A stretch of DNA of 64,000 nucleotides from Blasia pusilla (lineage: Eukaryota), in NCBI GenBank assembly GCA_050084515.1, contig CM114271.1, positions 17,236,001-17,300,000 of the forward strand, given 5' to 3'. The notes under the pieces are model-generated. The model was not told the origin of the DNA. It ran no database searches and saw only the letters and a program-made list of their open reading frames with translations. Shown here piece by piece: positions 54,900-64,000 of the stretch. The translations under genes and the position numbers were made by a program. Each line of letters begins with the position of its first letter. The stretch's first letter is position 1.

Positions 54900-55500
54900 T
54901 ATGGCTATTTGTAACAGACCACTTAACAACTGTAACATTGGTTGTTACTACATGGCCGACCCATAATTTTGAGGATGCGTACGTTGTTGCCATCTGACTT
55001 TCTCTTGCTAGAGGGATGTGATAACATGATTTGGGAGGATTAAGTATATCACACCATCTTCCGTGCATTTTCAATGAATCTCATTTTGCAATTTGAGATT
55101 CATTGTAGTTATATCTTCAAGGCTATGGTGTATGTTTTGTGGATCCATCGTAGATACGACCACCATGCTAATCAATGATGGGTATTTGAGAGGATGACAC
55201 ATGACATGTTTGACCCCACCTCGCATTCAGGGTCTCCAAAGACAATGTATGCATCCTAGATGTATCTAGGATAGGAAGCATTGGATTTGGATTTATTTGA
55301 GTGACATGGATAACGAAAAGAAAATTAAAAATGGGGCTACAAGAGCATCTAAACTCTTTACACCTAGTTTCACAAAGACATATGTCAATGTACGTAAGAA
55401 TAGATGGATATCTAGAGTTAGAAAGACCTAACCACCAATCAATGGTGCAATTTGAGACCTTTTGATGTATGGTCATGTACGTATGCTTAATTTTTAGGTT
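54900..55500 (+). mobile_element. Decayed 3' end of a gypsy element: integrase C-terminal region, PHD finger and 3' non-coding region
   Basis: ILRMRTLLPSDFLLLEGCD, then CMFCGS...MLINDGYLRG*HMTCLTPP...MHPRC (55129-55263). 55295-55470 is homologous to 57315-57485. Confidence 0.7.
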
Positions 55501-56559
55501 CTTGAGCTTTTTGGACTGTGAAAATGATGTAATGTGTACTTGCAAGACAATTCAAGCACTAAATGTCACATAACAGAGCGAGCATGACACCAACTCGTGC
55601 AAATAAGACAATATCTCAAACCCTCCATCCATCCACTTTTTTAAATAAGTAAAAATCTAAATATTTGAAGGCCACACATATAAATACTAACATTTCATTT
55701 CCCCCAAAGGGCAGATTTAAGTACCATGTTATATCAATCTCTATCATCAACAATCATTGTCTAGATTAATCATCTTTGGCCAAGAATCCCATCTTAATAA
55801 AAAAAATCTATTCATTAAGTTCTAATTTTAGTGAGGAGTAACTCTTTACACAAGACAAGATTTCAAGATTGTATCTTTTCAAAATTCACTCCTAGCATAC
55901 TGGTATACGTAATGGAGGAAAAAAAGGGTACTAAGAAAAAAATTCAACGTGGCTCACTTTCAACCGTCAGGAAAACAAAACATGCGCTATGGCTCATTTT
56001 CAACCGTCTAGGAAAACAAAACATGCCCTATGCGTGCTTGCCTACAGAATACGGTTGCAGAAACTCATTAGGGATAGAAGAATTACTTGTGATTGTCCAA
56101 CAAGTCAAAGCTTTCACCCATAGGATCCCTGGCCTACTCCGCTACACACATAGCAACGCAAAAGGAGATGAGAAGGCTCTTTCTTTGATAATTGAGAAAT
56201 CCAGTGGAATGCAAAAACTAGCCAAAAATATATGAGGCGAGAAGAATTTCTTTATCCCTCTATTTGTCACACAAGGCAGCAAGAGAAGGTATGATTACGA
56301 GCATCTTACGAGCGAGGAGTGAAGTTTATTTTTTACTCTGTGTTAGTGGTGCAAATGTCGCCTTTGTTGGAAATCTCTTTCCTCATTGGGAGCGTCCATT
56401 GAAGCAAGCTTGGAATAGTAGAAACCACAGCAAAAACCTTTTGGGATGGAGAAGGGGTGATGCAGGCGGGAATAAAGACGATTGTGCAGGCATGCTTCAT
56501 GGAAGTTCTACAATTAGCAAACGACAGAGAGAGGGACTAATGGCGTGCGTGCCTGGAGT

Positions 56560-57597
56560 GGGAGCAAGAAGTCGTTCCTGGCACTACTTGCTTCTGATGT
56601 TATGATGTTGGGAGGTACGCCCGCCGAGGTTTTTCGGCTCACCGCTACGCTATATGAGTGCGGAGTTGGTGTTCTTGCATCACACTCAGGGGTGATTGCA
56701 GAGGAGGTGATGGACCTGCCCTTGGATCCTATGCTTGGGCCGTCCACGTTACATTCATGGTAGGCTGCGGCTGCTAGGATGGCGGAGATGCAGTCTAGAC
56801 CCTTGATAGAGCGTGCCATGGCTGCTCTTGATGTTGTGTTGGTGGATAACCATGGAGAGGTCTTCCACTTGGTGAGTCCAAGACGTAGAGTTTTTAGTCT
56901 GTAGCGCATCTTGTTGGATTCAGAAGCACAATCCCTGATATGGGGGAAAGCGGATTTCAGAGATTTGGAGCGTTTTCCATTTCAGATACAAACATCCTTG
57001 GGTGGAGCGAGTACTGCACAGTATATCACCCGATAGGAGGTCGTTGTATGGTTTGGAAGGACCATGTGCGAACTGTGCGCCATGTCACCTTCTAAACATT
57101 AACGGTATAGTTGATCCAAGCTTAGCAGAAGTTCCTGCAAGCTTACGATGTATGTTGTGTGGTTCCGCTTGTGGTGCATCCACTATGCTAGTCTATGATG
57201 GGTGTTCAAGAGGATGGCATATGGCATGTTTGACACCACCTCTCACTAGGGTTTCTCAAGGACGATTGATGTATCCCAGATGTACAGAGAGTAGGTATTT
57301 CTAGATTCTGACTTGTGTCTGTGACATGGATGACAAGAAGGGGACTAACGATGGGGCCATATGAGCACCCAGATTTTTTTCTCTTAGCGTTCTAAAGATC
57401 TATGTCATAGCATATAAGGATAGATGACTATCTGGAGTTAGAGGGACCTCACCACCAGCTAGGGGGACGATTGGAGATATTTTGGTACTTCTCGCCTCTA
57501 TGTTTGGATGCTATGAGTTAGCATGGGATCGTGCTTGTTTGTGTGTGTGTTCGATGACAACCATGTATGTTGTGTAGCGATGTGTATGCGCACGACA
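56560..57597 (+). mobile_element. Internally deleted gypsy derivative: pre-protease/protease fragment joined to integrase C-terminus plus PHD finger
   Basis: 56590-57010 is collinear with 60790-61390 (SW*AAAARM, LVDNHGEVFHLVSP, ILLDSEAQSLIWGKA, FQIQTSLGGA). It is followed by NCAPCHL and PHD CMLCG..MLVYDGCSRGWHMACLTPPLTRVSQGRLMYPRC (57149-57283), and ends with an LTR-end-like ...GCACGACA. Confidence 0.8.
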
Positions 57598-57599
57598 AC

Positions 57600-58513
57600 T
57601 ATCACGTCTTTTAGGATAGATCGGTGAGATCTAGTAGAGCGCCTTTGTGAGTAGTGGAGGACAGGCTCATGAGGTCGAGGATGACCTATTGAGGCCCCGA
57701 AAAATCTGAGAGAGCAGGTTTCCCATTTGTTTCGGCTCATTTGGAGCCATATTGATGAACTTACTATTTTGGGTAAGTACCATTTTGAGTATATGGTCGA
57801 GTTTCTATTTTTTGAAGTGGCCCCCTGGCCTAGGGAAAAGACCAAATAAAAGGATTAGAAGATGTAATCTCCGTAAATGTGATCCAATTGTCCTTGACCT
57901 CCTACATTAGATCAAGAGCCAAGGATGTGACTTGGGAACATAGGTTACCAGGGAGAGAGCTTGGGAGAGGGGAGGGGTATACCTCAAGGAAAGAGAGTTT
58001 GAGAGCTCATTCTCTCTTTGTTGAACCTCTTGGCATGAGGCGGCGCAGTTATGGTCCCTTGCCTTGTGTCATGACCATACAGATTATGTCGTAGAGTATA
58101 GTGTGCTAGTAGAGGCCGTAACTTATGTAGGGCCATAATTTCTAGGTAGAGATGCGGTTTCATACATGGAGTTGGGGGTTATTCCGTTGAGGGTGACTTT
58201 TCCAGTAGGGCCTGCTCTTAGGTTGGAGGCCATAGTGTGGAGTGCACTCAAAGAACAGTTAGTTCTTTGAGTTGAGCCTGTTGCGTTGGGAGTTAGCCTT
58301 GGTAGTGAGTAGAGCTCTTGGCTATGGTGGTTCCCGTAAGCTTCGACCTGGATTCTCCCATCGTGGAGTGGGTTTGGCTCGATTGTATATGATTCTATAC
58401 GTGTTTTATGACAGTAGGTCTTTCATGGATTTCACTCAAAGAACTGGAGTAGATCGATGGTAGCTTCGATCGTGGATCAGTAGAATCTGGTTAGGGCTGA
58501 TTGTGTGATGACA
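57600..58513 (+). mobile_element. Probable 5' LTR of the MTase-bearing gypsy element
   Basis: Starts TATCACGTC (cf. TGTCACATC of the solo LTR at 59178), ends ...GATGACA just before the gag-like region, and is non-coding. Boundaries cannot be verified because the 3' LTR is outside the window. Confidence 0.45.
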
Positions 58514-58554
58514 GGTTAGGTTGCCCACACCCATAGCTAGTAGAGCTAGAAAAG

Positions 58555-60555
58555 TACATGACATCGACGTCACTTGGTTACTTAGTGGTGGTGCCGCATC
58601 GACGTTGGTCATCACGGAGTTGTCTGGTGGTGTGGTTTGGGACCGTGGTGCGGACAGTGGTGGTTTTACACGAAGTGGATTGAGGTATCGGCTACCTTTT
58701 CCACTTATGACGGTTGATGAAGAAGAGGACGAGGGTGTTCCAAACACCAAGTCTTCTACAATGTTATCGAGTGTTGCAGCTCCATTGAATTGGGACATGG
58801 ACGGGATATATGGGGCCATGAAGGGCCCATGACGATACTCGGGTGCAGTGGGCACCATTGAGTTGGAGGACTTCATTCAGAAGTTTGATACGTGATGTGA
58901 TATGTAGTTGTTGCGGAACGCCACATTATTTACACCCTTCTTGGCTTGGAAGGTGTTGTTTCAGCACTTGGAGGGACCACCCATGGACGATTACCATGAG
59001 TTTAGGAAGGACCATGTTGCTGAGATTGAGGCGTGGAGACAATATTGGTCTCCAGGTTATGTGTCTATTACTCATGGTGGTATTGGTAGTAGTGCTCCTA
59101 CTATGCCAGCCAGCCCGACGTTGAGTGGTACGAGTACGAGCCGGAGTGGGGATACTAGTGGAGGTACCAGTGGGGATTGTCACATCTGAGTAGCCGATAG
59201 GCCGAGATCTATCATGGATAGGGCATAGGAGCCAGCAGACTATCTTGAGTGTAACTTTGTCCCACAATGTCGGATGAGGTTGAGAATAGGACCATTGTGT
59301 AAGGAACGTCGTTTTTGACAACTTTCATGTTGAGGTCTTTTACAGCCGGGTGACTTGTTGAACAGGTCACCTGCCCCTGGTAACCTGTACGCGTAGGTTA
59401 CCAAGGGGTAGGGCTATTTTTAGGGGAAGAGCCTTTTGGCTCTTCTCAACCCTATATAAGAGAGGAAGATGGCTTTCCTAAGCCATCTTTCTCATGTTGG
59501 GCCGTTGGAGCACCTCCCTTGTATGTGTGTGAGATAGGACTAGGGTGCTAGCGTCCGGATTCCTTGATAGGTGGACGAGGCTTGATATGCCGATGTAGAT
59601 TGAGGAGTGGAGTTTTAGGCCGGGTGTGCCGTTTTTACTACTCTTTATTTTTGTTGTGTGATCTCCATGTATATGTATGAGTTGATTTTTGTACATGTGT
59701 GGATCGACTCGTGTGTGGGGAAGATCGGTGTTGTGTGGTGTAGATGTAACCAACGATGTATGTTGTGTAGCGATATGTATGCGTACGACAGGGTTCTAGT
59801 GGAGGGGTACTAGTGCCCCACCATCATTCAGCCCGGTTGCAGAGTTCTTCAAGAGGTTGAAGAAGAACTATCAGGGAGTGAAGACAGAGAAGTTGAGGAG
59901 TCTTCAGGAATTTGAGCGAAAGACTGGTGAGAGTCTTCGTGAGGCATACATTCGTATGCAACGCTTGATTTCAATTACCCAGGGTGTGACTGAGGCTCGG
60001 ACAGTCCAGTTTTGGTATGGGATCTTGGATAGAGAGTTGCGTTGTAGGGTACGTGATGCTACTCTTATGAGTGATGATTCACCCACATTGACCCATGTGT
60101 TTGCTCTATCTGAGAAGATTGAGCTTAACATGATGGAGGAGAGAGTGGTGACATCCGCATTCAGTAGGGATACAACTACTACTTCTCGTGTTCAACAGTC
60201 CACCTCACAGTCTCGTAGTAGTGGTGGTGGTAGTAGTAGTGGGAGTCGTGGGGGATACACCCGACCTCAGTTAGGTCCTAGAGGGACACTTGCGCAGAGA
60301 CCACTGCCTTCATTTGCTGCCCCACAGCAAGGACAGTCATGTTGGACATGTGGAGGTGATTATGTTAGGAGGTTTTGTCCCCAAGAGGATGGGAGATGGA
60401 CTTTGGAGGATGGGCCTCAGTCGGCCCCAACTCAGTGTGATCATTGCGGGAGACCGGGTCATCCTCGAGAGCGTTGCTTTGATCTTCATCCAGAGTTGAG
60501 ATCCGGTGACTACCCCTACCACTACGACAGAGTCATCTATGGCTGCCAGGATTGA
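58555..60555 (+). pseudogene. gag (interrupted by a solo LTR, with in-frame stops)
   Basis: YSGAVGTIELEDFIQKFDT*CDM*LLRN...LFQHLEGPPMDDY before the insertion; FFKRLKKNYQG...GESLREAYIRMQRLI and Zn knuckles CWTCGGDYVRRFC / CDHCGRPGHPRERC after it. Confidence 0.8.
59178..59790 (+). mobile_element. Solo LTR (613 bp) inserted in gag
   Basis: TGTCACATC...GTACGACA termini; flanks GGGAT / GGGTT (4/5); TATA-like CCTATATAAG at ~59451. Gag-like coding sequence lies on both sides. Confidence 0.8.
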
Positions 60556-61250
60556 GCAATTGGAGCAGAGGTTGGCTACTATGGTTGGTATCCAGCATAG
60601 AGCAGGTTCGGGAGCAAGGGCTTCCACCTCTTATGGAGGGGATGATCTCTCTTATATGGCGAGTGCAGCACAGGTTAAAGCATCAGCTGTAGTTACGAGA
60701 GGAGTCATTCGAGCGTCAGAGCCACGTGGTGCTACTGTGGAGTTGGACCCACAGAGGTCCTGGAGGCAGGCTAGGCTTCCCCATTCATTCTTGTTGTCTG
60801 AGGTGCTTAGGACTCCATCCATGGTTCCTACGCAGCCTATTGAGCCTACAGCGGGGACTGCGGCATCTACATCGCGTGTAGTAGATACGGATGCAGCATC
60901 CAGTGCATTATTGCGGATGGCAACTTCAGTGTTGGGATCCCCATTATTTTGAGCCACGGAGCTGATGGCTTTAGGAGTTGACTTAGCTCCTGTATTTCAA
61001 CTAGCAGCCACGTTGTGTGAACGTGGGAGTGTTACTGGTACACGTGGTGAGGTGGATGAGGGTGTTGCGGTGGAGTGACCCCCCTATGTCAGGTGTAGCA
61101 TTGAGTACCAGTGCTACTTGGCAAGCAGCAGCGGCGAAGATGGATGCATTACGAGCCCGGCCAGCCATTGATTGTGAGAGGCTTACACATGGTGTATGTA
61201 TGTTGGACAACCACATTGGGATATTCTGATTGGTGAGTCCTACATGACAG

Positions 61251-61600
61251 GTGTATAGACCAGATAGAGTCTTGTTAGACTCTAGTGCCCAACCTTTGAT
61301 GTTGGGAAAGGCGGAATGTATTGGTTTGGGTATTCGAAGGTCAGAGCTTGAGCCTTGCCCATTCCACATTCAAACATCACTTGGAGGAGCCAATGATAGG
61401 TCTCAATTCATGACACGGGAGAAGTTGTCTGTACAATTGAGACTAGATCATGCGACTGATAGCTCCCGGTTGGGAGTACCTGCAGTGGTCATATCAGCCG
61501 GGTCGTATGATGTACTAGTTGGAGGAGCAGTATTGTACCCGATGGGTTTTCAGATGGACTAGTGGACTGAGACAGCGTCTTATAGACCTGGTTGGCAGTT
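61251..61600 (+). pseudogene. Retrotransposon aspartic protease
   Basis: VLLDSSAQPLMLG (D at 61278; cf. DSG) ... YDVLVGGAVLYPMGF. Confidence 0.8.
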
Positions 61601-62002
61601 CGGGGATGGACATATGAGCCAAGTTCTTGTGAGATTTATTTATGGGGCTCGACTAGGAGGGTCTTCTCCAACAGTATTAGCATCTGTGGCTAGTTTTAGT
61701 GGAGTAGTCACTTGGCCAAGAGACTTTTTGGAGGGTAATCTTTATGCTGTGGATTCTCCTGTGCATGAGGAGGTAGAGGAGGTCCCTAGTTTTGCAGCAG
61801 TGGCATCCTCATCGTTGGATGTGCCACTTTGGAGTTCAGGCGGTGCACTTCGATAGGAGGATGATCGCCTAGTTAGGAGGCTTGGTGTGAGGCTGTTATA
61901 CCTCACGAGGAAGAGGAGGCCCCACGACGGACCCCTACTTCTGGTCCAGTTGGGTTATCCCCTTTGGATACTACACCCATTGTATGGCAGTATTCGCCGG
62001 AG

Positions 62003-62960
62003 GGCATTTGTGTGTTAGATCTCTTTGGTGGGATTAGCACTGGTTTGGCTGCAGTGTTGTAGGCCGGTATTCTTATGCGGAGATACGTGTATGTGGAGCG
62101 AGATGAGACGGCCCACAGAGTCTCATCCCGACATATTGGTCAGTTGATGCGGAGATATCCTGAGTTGTTGCCGCCATTAGCTATTCGTGGGTACCAGCGT
62201 GCTTTGCCGTCACACATTGCATTGTTGGGGGCGCAGGACCTTGAGAGGGTTGGTCTTGTGGATTTGGTGATTTCTGGATGGCCATGTCAGGGTCATACAC
62301 GTGCAGGTCGTGGTGAGGGATTACACGACCCTAGGTCTCGATTTGTTTTGGGAGATGTTACGGGTGTTACGACATCTTCAGGTTCATCACACACGTGCTC
62401 TAGCTTACATTCTGGAGAATGTTCCATTGTTGGATGACACTCGGACCCGGATGATGGCGAGTGTTCATAAGGTGTAGTGTTGGATTGGACCAGCAATGTT
62501 TTTGGATGCAGCGCGAGTTGGCTCGCGTGCACATCATCCACGTTTGTGGTGGACAAACTTGTTGCCTAGGGAGGTTGTACGTCGAGCATATAATGCAGTG
62601 CAGTGGGATCCTTGCCTTACAGTGGATAGTATCTTGGATATTGGGCGACTTTCTCAGGTGGTGAGGGTTATTGATCGATCACCCATGGCAATGGTGAACC
62701 GTGTGGGCCAGCCTAGGATGACACTACCCACATTTGTGAGTTTTCCCTTGTCACATGCCTACAGGGAAGGTGGTCCCGAGCTTGTATGGGATTCTCATGT
62801 GCGACAGTTGGTGGAGCCTAACGCTGATGAGAGAGAGCGTGCGATGGGATTTGCTACTGGTGTGACAACGGTTGCTTCCATTTCTGAGGCTTCACGACGT
62901 CATGTGTTGGGTCAGGCCATGGACCTGAATTGTTTGACCTGGATTTTGAGTCTTGGTATG
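62003..62960 (+). pseudogene. C5 cytosine DNA methyltransferase domain (DNMT3-like motif order) within pol
   Basis: Motif I VLDLFGGISTG (62012-62044), II YVYVERD, IV DLVISGWPCQG (PCQ 62282-62290), VI YILENV (62415-62423), VIII AHHPRLWWTNL, IX ERERAMGF, X RRHVLGQAMD. Stops at 62060 and 62475 and one frameshift near 62345. Confidence 0.9.
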
Positions 62961-63340
62961 GCCGAGTTGCGTCGACTTCGGACTATGTCTATGGGTCTTC
63001 CACCCCTTGTGATGAGCTCGATGACTACCGGGATGGTAGAGACATCGGCTGAGGGCGAAGAGAATAGTATTTTGCATCCTTGGAGTAAATGGGATGTAAT
63101 GGATGGGCATGTGGAGTTGGTTGCTCATGCTGGTGGAGGAGTTATTTGCTCAGATGATGGTGTAGCTAAGGGTGTACCATCTTGTGAGAAGGTTGCATAG
63201 CAGCCAATGGCGTCGTCCTCTCCCTCTAGTGTGCCAGTGGAGGAGACTTGGGAGCCATTACTTGGGCCCAAGCTTACGGGAGGTGAGAAACGACGCTTGA
63301 CACAGTTCCTACGTGCTTATAGGAGTTTTTTTCCTTTAGC

Positions 63341-64000
63341 ATGAAGGAGTTGGATGCTTTGGTTGGACCCCATATACGGATTGATTTGGCTAGTGATACG
63401 CCAATCTTTCGTCGTCCCTACCGATATAGTGATATGGAGAGGGATCTGATTCAGAGTAGGACATTGGACCTTTTAGAGGCTGGATTAGTGGAGTTGTCGC
63501 ATGGAGAGTATGCATCAGCCACTGTCATGCCTGCTAAAAAGGATGTGCAAGAAACTACACGGATAGCCGGATGTGTGGAGATTACCGTCCTATCAATCGG
63601 CAGACCAAGGCCGATAGGTATGCCATGCTCATACCTGAGGATATCTTTGATGTGGTGGGACAGGCAAAGATTTTCAGTACTTTGGATCTTCGAGCAGGAT
63701 ACCATCAATTGCTGATTCGAGAGAGTGACAAGGCCAAGACAACATTTTGGGGTGTCAACTCTCATGGCAAAGATTGTTTGTACCAGTGGAAATTTGTACC
63801 CTTTGGGTTGAAGAATGCACATGCCGAGTTTTAGAGAGTGATGGACAGGATCCTAGCAGGGTTGGATTTTGTTCGGTATTACATTGATGATATCTTGGTG
63901 TTCAATAACACGGTGGAGGAGCATCAGATACATTTGCAGATTGTGTTTGAGCGGTTGAAAGCTCATGGTCTACGTTTGCATCCAGGAAAGTGTAAGTTCT
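63341..64000 (+). pseudogene. Ty3/gypsy reverse transcriptase (frameshift and stop; truncated by window edge)
   Basis: PIFRRPYRYS, YASATVMPAKKD, RMCGDYRPIN, FSTLDLRAGYHQ, VPFGLKNA, YIDDILVF (63880-63891 for YIDD), GLRLHPGKCKF. Confidence 0.95.

Larger units (their letters stand above)
57600..64000 (+). mobile_element. Ty3/gypsy LTR retrotransposon (degenerate): gag - protease - C5 DNA methyltransferase - RT; continues beyond the window
   Basis: Gag with CCHC knuckle, aspartic protease, MTase motifs and gypsy-type RT are all on the + strand in that order. Confidence 0.92.

Noticed and set aside
62003-62960. MTase as a bacterial restriction-modification gene or contamination
   Set aside because: It is embedded collinearly between retroviral-type protease and RT, with no partner endonuclease and the same style of decay as the rest of the element.

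Overview
Eukaryotic, transposon-dominated genomic DNA with GT-AG introns and AT-rich spacers. It is most consistent with a plant, possibly a non-seed plant (inference only). From left to right: a Helitron Rep gene on the minus strand (1-~3100) next to hairpin-rich tandem repeats; a decayed Helitron Rep/PIF1-helicase remnant (~10.05-12.85 kb, +); about ten copies of one non-autonomous hAT-type TIR family (CAAGGTTGCAC termini, 8-bp TSDs), three of them nested in other copies; a decayed CRE-like non-LTR retrotransposon (~35.6-37.3 kb, -); one apparently intact 5-exon host gene for an F-box protein whose C-terminal half resembles cullin repeat 1 (46786-49950, -); two solo LTRs; and a Ty3/gypsy cluster (54.7-64 kb). 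The most notable feature is the gypsy element at the right end. Its pol carries a DNMT3-like C5 cytosine methyltransferase domain (motifs I, II, IV, VI, VIII, IX and X in order) between the aspartic protease and the reverse transcriptase. Neighbouring fragments, one sharing protease-region homology with it, end in a PHD finger. This suggests a retrotransposon family encoding both a chromatin writer and a reader. The copies here are degenerate. No rRNA, tRNA or CRISPR array was recognised. All homology calls are by-eye motif recognition, not database searches.
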